Source: Tubiluchus corallicola (lineage: Eukaryota; Animalia; Priapulida). Taken from it: a DNA stretch of 64,000 nt. Made by a program: the position numbers and the translations under genes. The notes under the pieces were generated by a model. That model had not been told where the DNA came from. It ran no database searches and saw nothing but the letters and a program-made list of their open reading frames with translations. The first letter of the stretch is position 1. Each line of letters starts with the position of its first letter. The stretch is from NCBI GenBank assembly GCA_030141605.1, contig JAQGDQ010000378.1, positions 1 through 64,000 of the forward strand, written 5' to 3'. Shown here piece by piece: positions 1 through 15,669 of this stretch.

Positions 1-316
1 TGGGAAAATGAAAATGAAAATGAAAACATCAGAATCCCATGGTCACTAAGGATTCACAGTCCCATGGAATCAGCAGTGGGCTGCAGCGTATCAGGAAATA
101 ATAGCCCTGCTACGCTTAAGAATTCTCACAATTCAGACATATTTTCCGTAAATTTAATCATTATTGCTTTTCTAACGTCTTTTAAAATTCTTTCAACCGC
201 GTCTTTTATAAAAAATCAAAGAAGTTTTTGAAGAAACGAGTCATGGCAGCATTGTCATTGAGAAATCATCATTAATCGGACCTAGCGTCCATTTAGGTCT
301 CTCTTAGAACTGCGAT

Positions 317-1590
<1,274 letters not shown>

Positions 1591-2029
1591 CAGTACTACT
1601 TGTGCACGGAGAAACAATGTGCAAAGAAGCTGAAGCCACTACTTACTTTGACTTTGAGTACAGGCGTGTGAACTAGGCCAAGCTCCTTTTCTGAATGAAT
1701 CGTATGATGGCTCTGAAAAAAACGAGAAAATTCTGCTGTAATTTTCATATTACTGCGTCACTATGCTACTTCAATTATCAGTATTAATTATAACCGACCG
1801 AATATAATAATTTAGAAAAAACATCTATTCTTTGATAAAGAGGAAAAATAAAAATAAGAAAATCACAAAGCATAGGTTAGATTTTGTGTCAAATGACATA
1901 CGATTAGTTCCCAAGTTCCATGGTGATCTTTCAATGTGTCTAGCTGAATAACATAGAGTTTACTGACTTATGTGGAGTTTTCAATGCTCTATAGGTGATT
2001 GTAAAAAGTCCTTGCAATGGAATGATGCT

Positions 2030-2630
2030 CTGCTAGGATAGTCTTATGTCGATTAATGTAAAGGTTCCTCTTTTACTATTGGACTTACACTAAACCAAAA
2101 AAACAATCAATGCTAACAATCTAAACAACTATCAGAGTTGGAAGTATATCAGTGGGAAAAGCTTCATTTGTGAGAAGATTCGTCCAAAAAATTTCTACTG
2201 ATATCTTTTTGCTTACGATTCCCAGAGCGTTCTGTTCCACTACGGGTGATAGGTGATTTGCTGTTGCAGGACCAACTCATTGGGACAGTTTACCTTTCCA
2301 CGTCAGGACATTTTCGAACACTAACGTTTGTAAAATACAGTTTAAAGCATCCTTATTTAAAATAGCATATTTAAGATATTTGAAGTGATCAAGCGATTTG
2401 TTGTCGTATCTTTGTATTTTGTGAATCTGTATGTTTTTATGCATTTATTTATTGTAATTTTATGAAATTTAGTAGGATCACTGTGAACCTTTTAAATCTG
2501 TCATATTGATTTTAGATATTTTTGTGAAGTGCTTTTGAATGTTGTCAATCAGCCGTCTATAGATTTAAACGCAATACAAATTAACAACAACAATAACAAC
2601 AACAACAATAATAGTGATGATGATGATGAT
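2030..2630 (+). mobile_element. Decayed 3' end of an L2-clade LINE with microsatellite tail
   Basis: ~2240-2385 translates TGDR*FAVAGPTHWDSLPFHVRTFSNTNVCKIQFKASLFKIAY, resembling the L2 ORF2 end (GDRAFSVAGPxLWNSLP...FKxxLKTHLF). 3' UTR TGTGAAGTGCTTT...CGCAATACAAAT is followed by (CAA)n/(TGA)n. Confidence 0.75.
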
Positions 2631-3227
2631 GCATTAATTTTTGGTACTAATCTGCAAATACCTTAACACCATTTTTGTAAGCATAATTACAGTAAAATCG
2701 TCCATATTAAAACGAAATGACACAATGGCCAGCGCTTGAAAAAGGCGCCCTGGTGAAGATATCCAACATGCTAAAGAGTGTTTTGCCTGTTAGCCAGTGA
2801 GGCACTCTTCAATAAGCTTGGTCCTAACTTTGCCCAAATGAGTACTAATCAGATTTTTTAATCAAAAACTGCACCGCTGCTTGAGCCACAAAAAGATCAA
2901 ATTCGATATTTTAAAATTCGTCTAATAAGAGGAAACGGGCTTCTAGGCAACCATTGTTTTCAAGCATTTTTCCTTGACAACTACAAGTTCCACCTAGCAA
3001 TGCTGTCTGCAGAAACCGAAGCAGGACTAATTCCAGGATTGACAGTGTCACATGCTGGACTGAGTGAGTCTGGTCTCCGTTATGATTAGGTTTTCTAGAT
3101 AGATCCAGCTAGATATCTTTCTAGTAACACATACAGTCACTCAATGTTTCATTTTATAATTACGATCTAACAAATATCAGGGCAGCATTTATAAAGGATT
3201 GGCCAAATTTTTCAGGGTTGAATATTC

Positions 3228-3560
3228 GTGCACTGTAAGCAGGATTACAGCCGAATTAAAAAGCCGCAATTTAAAGTGGTAAAAAGACAGTGTTTTTATA
3301 GTACCATGTGCCGTACAATGAAAGTAAGCAATTCTCTTATAGCCAAAATTTTAAATAGTGACGTATACTTGCGTTCTTTAATATGGATCAAGTGGAGAGA
3401 CAAGTTATTTGTACATTTTATTTAACTTTGTAATTTGTCTCTGTAAATATTGATGTGTAGTTTGTAGTTTCCATTTTTTATGTACTTGTATTTTATGCTA
3501 TGTGGACGAAAAGTCTGAAATAAAGGCGTTTATCTACCAGTCTATCTATCTACCTATAAA
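3228..3560 (+). mobile_element. 5'-truncated LINE 3' end (RTE-X-like)
   Basis: ORF ...FYSTMCRTMKVSNSLIAKILNSDVYLRSLIWIKW resembles RTE-X ORF2 C-termini. Ends TGGAC..GTCTGAAATAAA plus a TCTA tail; same end motif at ~7790 and ~44325. Confidence 0.6.
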
Positions 3561-3934
3561 TCTGAATATTTAAATAAACAAGTTTTTATCGTCTAAAAAC
3601 ATTTAAGCGAAACACCAAAACGGAAGAAGATAAATAAACTGTGACATAAAGGACTACAACGTTTAAAAAGCTTCATTATTGTAAATTTTAATAACTGAAA
3701 GTGCATCTTCAATACAACAGAGGAAAGGTCAGTTTTACTGTAAAAAGGAATTGTGTAATAGAAGACACGGCGAAAGAGAATCTCCACTTAATTACAATTA
3801 TTGTAACGACACCTGTTCTATTTTAACTACTTTACTTGTTTTGACATACAAATGTATTTACAAAAATGGTGTTTATGAAAAGAAGTAATAAAATTCGTCT
3901 TTTATATACTGCACGTTGCCAACATGTAAACTCT

Positions 3935-4055
3935 TCACTCGCTCTCTCCCCTCTTTCATCCCTCTCTCTCTTACTCTATTTATCTGTCCGTCTCTCTCTC
4001 TCACTCTTCCTCCCTCGCTCGTCCTCTTGCCTCTCTCACATCCCCTTTCTTTCAC
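3935..4055. repeat. CT-rich low-complexity tract
   Basis: Imperfect (CT)n. Confidence 0.85.
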
Positions 4056-5098
4056 CTGTCACTAGCTCTGAGTTGCAACTTTGAAGCCAACAGGCAATTG
4101 CTCAGCTTGACAGAGATTTTTTGATCATAGGTGAGTTAATTACAGGTGAGTTAATTATTACCGGCAAGAAAGACGGAAAATCGAGAAAGGTTTCCAGCTG
4201 CTGCGAGATAATCCTCTCGTTTTAGTGCGTAATCTTCCCGTTTCATCCCGAAACTCTTCCTGTCCGCACACTCCGGCAACTCTGATTTCACGTTAAGCAC
4301 ACACATTAACTCATTACCGTTCCAGAGTTGACCTAAATTGCAACAGTACTAAAGCACGGCCTACACTGCCAACTGTCAATCTCATGTCCAAAACGCTAAA
4401 TCCGCTTGCCTCAGGTACAGCACAGCATAAGGTAATGTCACTGATAGATCGCTAATCGAACACTGTTGCCTGTTCGTCAAAAATCACAACTTGCAGAATC
4501 CAATACTTGTCAACGGCAGGCACCAGGCATATTTCGTGCACTAGAAATCACCAGCCAATCACAGCTCCCGTACCACCCGCTGAGCGAAGCACGCAGCCAG
4601 TCAGGTATTGCTTAACTTACTGCACGCTCGCTGGAGTGAAATAATAGTGGTCCAAGAATGAAACCCTGGTGCAAAACAAACGAAGACACGTGCACGCCGC
4701 CGGCTCTTATTTCCTTTATTAAAATCATAGTTTCCACGCTGAATCTCTCCTAGTTGCAATCGCCATACTTGAATTTATTGTAATAAACAGACAAAGGACA
4801 TTAGCCAAAGAAGTGATGCGAGCTCAGGCAAAACAAACTTGATGTACACGTGCCACTCCACTTGATGCATTCTGACGCGATAACAACTGTAGTTCGACCA
4901 ACAACAATTGATGCGTTTTAAATATGATGTAAAATGTTTATGCAGTGATTATCATAATGACAGTAACGATAAAAAGCACTGAGCGATAAGACTATACGTG
5001 TTTAAAACATAAAATCGGTATATTGATTATATGGCAAGCAGAAAAATACATTTTTATTGCTATTTTTTGCATTAAGTGGAGCAACTGAATTCATGCAG

Positions 5099-5217
5099 CT
5101 GGATGGATGGATGGATGGATGGATGGATGGATGGACGAACGAACGAACGAATGAATTAATTAATGAATGAATGAATGAATGAATGAATGAATGAATGAAT
5201 GAATGAATGAATGAATA
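5099..5217. repeat. Tetranucleotide microsatellite (GGAT)n-(GAAC)n-(GAAT)n
   Basis: Directly visible. Confidence 0.95.
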
Positions 5218-5641
5218 AGTGATAAACTTTTTACAAAGTCCAAGGTTCTGAGGTTTTGTAAAAACAATAAAATATATGGAAGGCATTAAAGAAGGCTTAA
5301 GGAAGGTTTGCATGTATTCTTTTTGTGTGAATTGTGTACTTTCTAGATATAGCATTCATAGAATGTCTCTGATGATGACATATTCAAATTTCTAGACATG
5401 AAAAACAGTTTAGGCAATATTATCTGCCTAAGAGTGTTTAAACTTAGAAAGATTTAGCAACAAATCAGTTTATTTGCTCTTTTTCAATGTTGTTTTTGAA
5501 TAAATCAGATCAGATATTACGGGTGTAACATTTAGATGCTAAAGAAAACTTTGAAAACTTATGAATGGGGTATAATACTTACAAGTTAAGAACCATAAAA
5601 GGTTTTTGCATTTTTACCTCTGCTTCTAAACTGCGCACTTA

Positions 5642-6119
5642 TAGTCCGGTCAAAATAAGGTGTGACAGGGTCAAAAATACAGTAATTTTTGCACAGACAC
5701 CCAAAAGGTCATCCAGAATAACATATTGAAAATCCTCATAAATCCACTTCGGGGAAAAAAGTTAAGGGGCTTTAACTTAAAAATGGCCATCAACGCAGCA
5801 TTAAAGCCAAAATAACGTTTAAGATAATTGTTAAGCATTTAAGATGGCATAAATGTATTACCAGCTGATATAAACTTGCATATGGTCTAACAAAAATGAG
5901 GCTTCAATGTCATTCAAGATTATTTATGCCATCCTGAACACCTCCAGGTTGAATTACTTTAACTTTAGAGCAGAGTCGGCGGCCTTTTTCACCAATATGG
6001 ATTTCAGGGGATTTTTAAAATGCTACTCTGGACGACTTTCTGGGTGTCTGTGCAGAAATTCAACTTTATGCTATTTTTATCCGGGTCATACATTTTTTCG
6101 GTTACTTTTGACTGCACTA
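5642..6119. mobile_element. Foldback MITE with ~210-bp imperfect inverted arms (TAG...CTA ends, TTA flanks; Academ-like or CACTA-like)
   Basis: Left TAGTCCGGTCAAAA pairs with right TTTTGACTGCACTA. GCACAGACACCCA/TGGGTGTCTGTGC and GATGGCATAAAT/ATTTATGCCATC pair internally. TTA lies on both sides. Confidence 0.8.
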
Positions 6120-7044
6120 TTAGTGACGACGACTTTTGAAAATGGAAGTTACACTCGAGAAAATGAAAAATTTGCTTTTAAGTCACAAGTTTCAGTTGAC
6201 TATCATCCTCAATATTAGTGATAATTAGTTAATGGCAGAGACAGAAAACTAACCTGGCGGTTGATGTGGCAACATGTTTTTTTTTATTAATTTATGTCTT
6301 TTGTATACTTTTATTCAACTTGAAACTGTTGATCCAGTTGGTTTATTAATCTAATGAACATATCCTGTTTCAGTGTTTATTAATCCTGTTGTTTTAAATT
6401 TTATTCTTAGCTATTGTTTAGTAAGATTTTAGTTTTATTATCTGCAGATTAGTTGTAGTGGATTTTTCTTTTTTATTCGAGTCCTGTAGTTGATAAATAG
6501 TGTTCGTTGATGAATAAATTTGTTTTTGTTTCGTTGCACTAAAGCTGTATTATTTTGTTTTAATTTCCTTTTTATATTGTGACGTTTATTTAATAAACAT
6601 TTTGAGACAGACATAATGAAAATTCACGAAATTTACTCTTTAATTTGAAGAATTCAAAAGTAAAGATTTGCCGTATTTTACAACAAACGCATCATTGATT
6701 CCTGATTAGCGAGACATTTTAATATGATAATTATTGCGAGTTTAAAAAGCTCTACTAGACCTCCTTTTCTTACAAGCACTTGTGTATTTACAATTAACAT
6801 CTTATTACAAACGGTTATTTGTTTAACGCACAACAAAGTCACGCCTCTTTTCCGTTTTGAGTATAATAAGCGTGCCGCTGCGTACGGAATCTGAATCATT
6901 ATAACATACAATGAAGTTTTTTAGCAGTTTGATTTATGCGGTTCGAGCAGTTTATCACTAAACGCATCACTTCCGTGCGGCAACCGCATAAACCGGATAT
7001 GTGAAAGTGACTGTTATCATTGTCATACGCCATGGAATTGGACA

Positions 7045-7235
7045 GGCAGAAATTGAAAAATAAAAGATATCTGCCCTCAAGACAGGTAAACTCAGCAGCG
7101 ATCCAGCAAAAAAACTAGACACTGCTATGCCAGTGGTTTGTCAGCATCACTTCCGAGCAAGAAGACGAAAGTGGTGCTGACAAGCCACTGGCATAGCAAT
7201 ATCTAATTTTTTACTGGTATGTTTATTTGTCTTAC
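7045..7235. mobile_element. Palindromic MITE; partial second copy at ~58368-58425
   Basis: TGCTATGCCAGTGGTTTGTCAGCATCACTT is the near reverse complement of AAGTGGTGCTGACAAGCCACTGGCATAGCA. The GGCAGAA..AAATAAAAGA.ATCTGCC..AGACAGGTAAACT segment recurs at 58.4 kb. Confidence 0.75.
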
Positions 7236-7499
7236 GAACCAAAATTATGTTCACTCTCATACAGATCTAACGTAATAGCGGAAATCTTGTTTTCGAGTTG
7301 CCTTTGTTTCTGCTTCTGAACATCTAGAAGCTTTTGTTGTTGGACCTCTGTTTTTCCGGGTGTAGGGGAATTTCGAAACTATTAGAACTAAAATTTTTCT
7401 TCCCGCAAATACGGAGAGCACCGCGAGGCAGAAAAAGTGAGAAACTGTAAAAAGAAACTGTAAAGTGAGAATTGTTAAGAAGAAAAGACTTTTTTGTGG

Positions 7500-7820
7500 C
7501 ATTTAGTGCGCAGTTTTATTGTAATGGTTTCTGTTTTAATCACAATAAGGGAAATGATATTGAAAGAATGCGCATTACTTATAATAATGCCTTTAGAGGA
7601 CTCTTTAATCTTCCTAGTCGCTGTAGTGCAAGACAAATGTATGTTAGCTACAGTGTACCTAGTCTTTCCTGCATACGTTGGAAGAATTTTATTTACCCAT
7701 TCTAACTAATCCTTTCTTGTACATAAGCTTACTATGTTTCTTTAAACTAACACTGTGTTTTTACTTGTGCCTTATTTTTATTGTTCTATGGACTATAAAT
7801 GTCTGAAATAAAATAAATAA
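7500..7820 (+). mobile_element. LINE 3' fragment (RTE-X-like)
   Basis: Translates RMRITYNNAFRGLFNLPSRCSARQMYVSYSVPSL, matching the YNNAFRxLLxLPRxCSAS-type ORF2 motif. Ends TATGGAC...GTCTGAAATAAA. Confidence 0.75.
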
Positions 7821-7824
7821 CATT

Positions 7825-8875
<1,051 letters not shown>

Positions 8876-9412
8876 GACTTGGCGAAGACCAGCTGAGTTG
8901 TGTCTTCTCCTAATCCTGCATTTGTTGGTAGACATCACGGCTAGCACACTCCGGGTTTATTATTAGTAATTCTCTTGGAACAATAGCCAGTAGAGTGGGT
9001 AGCGTGCCGCTGAATACTGTGCTTTAATGTGAGCGGCGCGTGCAGCTAATGCAGCGTAAACATGAGAAAATCAACCGCCTAGTCACGCTCCGTGAGCCCG
9101 TTAAAAACCCCAAACCGAGAAAACCGTGAGAAAATCCATTGCAGTCAGAGTTTGCAGTGCGAAATTTTTGGGGAAAATGTCGCCTAGTTATTCGGGTGAT
9201 TGTTATCGTTTCATTTGTAAAAGCAAATACGGTGAAATTAACGAGATTTTAGCAAAACTAACAGAACTTTTTGTCATTACTTTTAAGCTTTGCACGCGTG
9301 TGTGTTTTTGATTTCTAACACACCACAAAAATATTTTTGTTACCCTTTGTATGAAAACAAAATACATGTAGTAGGCTATTTATGATGCATTGTTACAGAT
9401 CAACAAACTTAA

Positions 9413-10020
9413 AGGAAAACAGGATGATTTTTCACATACTACCCAATTTTCAAAAGTATACATTTTAACACGATTAATACTGCAAAAGCGTTCATGGTAT
9501 TTAAATAATAGATTAAGAACTTAATTAACGGCGCGCGAACCCAGCTATTGATGACATCACAAACTAACATAATTTTCAACAGTAAAAATATTCTACGAGC
9601 GTGTTGCACGTGTTTGCGAAAGCGAAAATTGAAGTACAATACTACTGTAAGATATTCAGTGTGTTGTACTAAAACTAGACAAGTTTTAAGATAAAAATTC
9701 GAATTTCGAATTTACCCCTTCTCTCACGCATGAGCTGTCGAATGTGCATAGTTCGTCAGAAACTAACACAAATGAACTGAGAGGTACAGCATCTGTTTTT
9801 GTGTAATGCGCTTCCGAAATGCAGGTGCTAGTGCTCGTCTAACTAGAGAATGGCGAAATGTATGTAACAGCGAAGAACTAGTTGCGCGAACGTGAAATTG
9901 TGTTTATGTGGTGATAATTCTTTCACGTAAATCATTTTTGAAAAAATTGTGTGTTCCATTTCAATATTTTAAACAGTTGATTGTTTTGACCTACAGTTTA
10001 AGATTGGGTTCGGGTTTGCT
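9413..10020 (+). mobile_element. Non-autonomous TTAA-flanked DNA transposon (Kolobok-like), copy 1
   Basis: TTAA|AGGAAAACAGG ... CGGGTTTGCT|TTAA. A full-length homolog lies in reverse orientation at 58907-59501 (ORFs 9439- and 59185+ are similar). Confidence 0.8.
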
Positions 10021-13000
10021 TTAAAAAATGCTGCTTGTACATCATAAACACTTAATGAATTTGCCCAAAATAAAATTTTCTGCTGCTGAGACATTCAATG
10101 TTGTTACTGCAATTTTTTACATAGGTGAGTACTGCATTAAATAAAAAAAAATGCCCGGTACTTCTTGAAAATTAGCAATAACCGAGATTACTATATTACT
10201 TTATACTGTTCATTCACTACAAGCTAGTAATGAGCACTAACAGCAAAGTGTATTTAATATGTTGGTACTTGTGGTGGGACCGAAATCTAACTCATTAATT
10301 CTTCGAGATGAGACAAGAACTGATAGGCGAATACCTCTTTCGTTCAACAAAGTAAATATGCTGGGCAGTACGGCAGATGATACTACCGAGAACGTATTTA
10401 ACAGTCTATCCCACATCCATTTGCTACACAAGCCTACTATTACTTAACTTCAATTACTAAGCACACACCCTGACTTCTCACAATAACTATGTATATTTGC
10501 CACGGTATACAGTATTATTAAGCCATGACCAAAAACTTTACGTTGCTATTATAAATTTGCTCGATCTTTAGAGATTCGTGTGAACAGATGTATGATCAAA
10601 TTGCTTTATTATTTATAGCAACAAGCAATTTAGTTTCAAATTTTATTTGTTTATTTGGCCGTTTTATTTCGTTAAATTAACATCACGCCAACGTTTCCTG
10701 CAATGCAACAAACTCAGTTTATTTGTTATAAAAATTTCATGACTTATCAACAACTCAGCAGCATCTTTAGTTACTTTACTTAATTACTTGCATAATTATT
10801 TAAACCTATGATTTGGTTTTTACCTATATTTAGCAATGGCGTGCGTCTAATGTGCCTTGAACCTTAAGGCTGTTGCTTTTTCTGAGTAACAATTATAACC
10901 GTGCATGTACATGCACTAAGCCCCTCGAAACAGGAGGTATAATTTCATTAAAAATTATGTATATAGTCAAAAAAATAAAAAACTTGATTCAAACAATAAT
11001 CTGATAAGAACAGAAGCTACACCAACTAAACCAACAAAAATAAAAATAAAAAACACTACTGTTGACTATAATATAATTTGAATTCTTACGCCTTACTGTC
11101 TCACCAACAATATTTTAATTTAAGACAAAAACGAAAGAGATAGAATCATAATAGAAATAATTTGAACGTAATTGCTCCATCCCATCGTGACTTACCATGA
11201 CAGCGTATTTTTTTCATGTCTTTTGTTTGCCAAATTGCGTATATAATTACACCGCATTGGCACTACATTTCAGAATACAGTTTAGCTAACTTTACCACAA
11301 TAATTTGTACCCGAAATTATCAAATTAATTTCTTAATTAAGTGTCACAAAAGTGGGCGAACATGGAGTTTGTTATCTGCCATTTTTATAAAGGATTTAGT
11401 TTGTTTCCAAGTATTTTCTTTTGCTTCTTAATAGTTTTATGATTCTATGAATAAACCCACAATTGTTGCTAATTATTTAAACAATAATCTTAATAATGTA
11501 TCAAGATTAGTATTAATGACGGTTCACTCCAATTAACCGAATTTTTGAAACCAAACTTAAAAAATTTAAAATGTGAAAATGTTGGACCACAGCCTCGGTT
11601 TGATTCTGTTTACAAGGCAGACAACAGTCTAGCAACCTAAGCGGTCGAGCAGAAGTGGTATGCAGCTTGTAACCAGAAGGCCCCTGACTCAAATTCAAGG
11701 TGAGTCCCAACGTTTTTACAAATTCCTGTGTTTCAAGTTTCGTTTCGAAAATAATTTACCTTTAGATTGGTACAACAATTGCTATTTTTGATTAAATCAA
11801 AGTTATCAAACTCGGGAAATCAAATAAATACAATAAAGAAACTGGGCTTCAGTAAAAATACACGATATCGGCAAAGTCTTATTTTGCTATACAATGGCAA
11901 TTAACATTATTCAAAATATAATAGAAGCTCATGATACTGTGATATATATATATATATGTGTGTGTGTACATGATATCATCAATCTCTATAGTTAAGCACA
12001 GGCTGCACACCTATTATTCTACACTCTGCAGGCAGCACCCAGTCACACGGAGTGGATCACCTGCTAGTTGATCACACGATCTATTGATTGATTTACTTTC
12101 TTTGTGTGATCAATAATAATCCTGTCAGTGGAGATTAAGCAAACTGCGGGGAAGCGCTAACCGATTGACGATCGTACATCGCCGCCTGATCAGAACAAAC
12201 TATATTCCATTATGCGACACCCTGCATCGGTTTGAGTTTAGAGGCGTCTGCAAAGAGAAGAGATATCATTTTCTTTAGAATCTAATCTTGGGTCCACGTG
12301 AACCAGTAACGTCATTGCGGATAGTGTTGCCATCACTATATAGTGTTGCCCTCTTCTGATCGTTGATGGTTGCCTGGAATAGCTGGCAACCGCAAACAGC
12401 TAATATATCGGTAATTATCAACATATCCTTTTTGACTTGACAATCCATTTACGATTGAAGCACATTAATTTACTCTACTGCTGCTTGGTGTTGCTATGAC
12501 AACCGATATCGACCTAGGCGGGCGTTACAAAAGCCAGAATTGGCGTACGTGCGATCTGGATGTTATGTTTTTTTTGGCTTTCGGTTTTCGCAAAGTTTTC
12601 GTAAGTGTTTTCCCTCAAACGCTTTTCATTGGACTTCCTGTTAGATTTTTTTAAAAGGGCGACCATGGTCATTTTAGCCCGTATTGAGAGGCGGCGATGA
12701 ATCAGGGTTTATTGAGACCGGCGGCGTTGACATATCGCCGTCGCTTAGGCAATCAATGGGACGCTTCTGTGCAAGCCATTCTGCCTCTTTTGTGGAAGCC
12801 ATTCTCCCGCTTTGTCATCTCGCCGCTTTGTGACTTTGAGCTTTGGAAAATATTGAGGACGGTTATTTGAAATATATATCAGTTAATCATAAAGTCGGCA
12901 ATCTCGATTAAATGCTTTTTCGGTGTCGGACGGGCGACGGCAAATGCATGTTAAATACGAAAATAAGGGGGGCTCTTTTGTGGTAAACTGAAGTGTCCAT

Positions 13001-13154
13001 AGTCATCTCCTATATTAACTGACTGGCTTCTGTGTAGCCTGGGAAACACTTCCATGGTTGATCCGCGAGAAATTAAAGTGATTATAGATCAGATACCCAA
13101 CAACAATGGCGATATATACAGTCTTGTTCCTGTTATATTTGAACACAGTCAAAA

Positions 13155-13335
13155 CGGTGACGATGATGACGGCTGTGACTGCAAAGATTACAACTAAAAC
13201 GGTAGCATGATGATGATGACGATGACGGCGACGATAATTTGACGATGATGCTGTTGTTGACGATAAAGATGATGTCGATGATGGTGATGATGATAATGAT
13301 TATGATGATGATGATGGTGATGATGGTGATGACAA
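13155..13335. repeat. Degenerate (GAT/GAC)n tract
   Basis: Directly visible. Confidence 0.85.
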
Positions 13336-13577
13336 AAAACAATAAATGAAAGGAACAATAAACAGATCTATGTCTAAAATATAAGATTATATTGACTGTG
13401 ATCTTTGAAAGAACAGCAAAGTTTAAACTTGCTTAATACCGCCCCCTACTTGTATTTTCATTCCACGTTTCCAAAATGGTGCGAGCTTTAGACCGACCCA
13501 GTAGATGATACCATACTGTCAGTGACACCAAGGCATAAGATGTTCAGTAACCTTTAAGGTCTGGAGGGTCCCATTAA

Positions 13578-13685
13578 GGCTGGATGGTATAATGGATAAC
13601 GCGTCTGGAATGGTTGTGAGTTGGATCCTGCGGCCAGGTCACACTAAAAACTACAAAAATGGTAATTGCTGTTGCCCTAATAACG
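13578..13685 (+). mobile_element. tRNA-derived SINE fragment with conserved central domain
   Basis: Degenerate A/B boxes (TGGTATAATGG; GAGTTGGATCC) followed by GGTCACACTAAAAACTACAAAAATGGTAATTGCTG, resembling from memory a core domain of widespread metazoan SINEs. Confidence 0.55.
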
Positions 13686-15669
13686 GATAGAAGCGGGATA
13701 ATAAGAACCCTTATTATGTTGTTGTAAATTGTTAGTATGGTCGGCACTACGTGTAAGCTGGCGTTAATTGTCGACTCTAATACGGACTTTAAATGAAGAT
13801 TTTATTTAATTTTTATTTTTATTTTTATTTTTTCGTTATTGACACTTATACATACGTTACAATAGCATAAAAAAAGAAATCATCAGTAGCAAGCGCTCTT
13901 ATGCTGATTCTATAAAACATATTATGACGTACAAAAATAAAATTTATTAAAACAATACCCAAAAATTGAATACATCTCATTAAAAGGCCCCTAAAATTTA
14001 ACTAAATATGAATTGTATTTTCTATATAAGACGTTTTATATAATAATATGGTACGGAGAGCCAATTAGGTCTACGATAATCTTAATTGTTTCTGAAAAGT
14101 TACAGTAATGCAGTTAATTAGCGTTAGATGTTTGACTGATTTTAAAGTTTTAAAATTTTAAATAAGTTTTTAAAAATTATTAATCCCTAAGAGCGTTTTC
14201 TTCTGCTAACTTTGATTGGTTTCACAAACTTTATTATAATTGTAATAGTGATCTTACAGCAACACCATCACTTACGTGTGAGTTTGCACAATTTAACCTC
14301 ACAGCCTAAATGGCGTTAAATTTTTGCATACTAATAAAATAGACCGAGACGTAGAAAAATCTTATTTTAAAAGTAGCCTAGTCAGTACTTTACACGAATT
14401 CTTTCTGTTTGCCTCATCTCAACTATTATGCTCTAACCAGTATAGCTCTATCTAATTGGCTTCATCCTTCAGACAGTACTTTAACATAACACGGCTTTAG
14501 CGATTCTATATTTCTTAAGCGCAGCATTAACAACCTTTAGCTGAAGCAGATGAAAAATCAGGCGACGCTATGGAAACAGAGACGGCTAGTTAATTAAGAG
14601 TTGTTACAGTCAGAATTGGAGTTGTGTTTCCGCTAGGCAGTATGAATACTAATGACACAGCTCCTGACATATCTAATAACGGAAGTAGGAGTCGCTAACA
14701 GGAAGTAGAAAACACGGTCACGTGCTGAATTCCATCAATGTTAGTTGACTAACAAGTAAGAATGATTCCTGATTTGGCACACGTTCGTTCTATGCAGTTC
14801 TGCGATTGAAATTTATTAGTTCTACGTTTCAGCGATGACGGTTTCTTATAATTTACGTAATTAAACGTGAACTTTTCAGAGTTTTTGCTAACTGGCAAAC
14901 TAAAAATAGAAAATAAAAGCAATTTTACATCTTTGCAAGTTATGTTACTAAAGTCAACAACTGCAAGCCTCCCTTTTGATTACGGTTTATTTCAGGCAAA
15001 AAAGTCCATATAAAATATAATACATAAAATCAGTGAAATTAAAGTCCGTCCATGACGATGATGAAGATAATGATTAGTAAGATAATTTCGACAATGACGA
15101 CTATAATGATTATCACAATGATTATGATGACGATAGGCACGATGACGAGGATGATGACCGCAAAAACAACATTAAATACGAACAAATGTATGAGTTGATG
15201 GTCTATTAAGCAAATATTAATATTTCACTTCCTTAATAAGTTTTTCTTGTAAAAAATCATGCATACGACTCAAATTTGCCAATTTTCATCACTTCTACAT
15301 TTCATAACTTTTCATTCGCAGGGATAATTTTTCAAATTGCCAGAGTCTCTAAATAGCAATATCATCTCCGCGATACTTTCAGCTTTTTCATTCACAGCAA
15401 CGCAGCAGTCATCGCTTTCTTTAATCTTATTGTCCTCTTGAGACGATTTATCAGCATCATCGAGTAATATCATAATCGGATAATGGCTTTTATGTTTGCA
15501 CGAGTGTAGATTAATCTAGCATCTCCCGCCCATTCAATGCTGCAAGCATATTGTCTGTTACTAATAACTCATTTTCATATCCAAGACGGCTGGTAATCCA
15601 AGAGTAAAAAAGTATAGTTCTAATTAAAATGAACGTGGGGGTTAAATTGTGTACTACAAGTGTGATTTA

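Noticed and set aside
11620-11710. Plus-strand exon ending CAAG|GTGAGT
   Set aside because: No partner exons or convincing ORF; it also resembles a decayed tRNA-derived SINE head.
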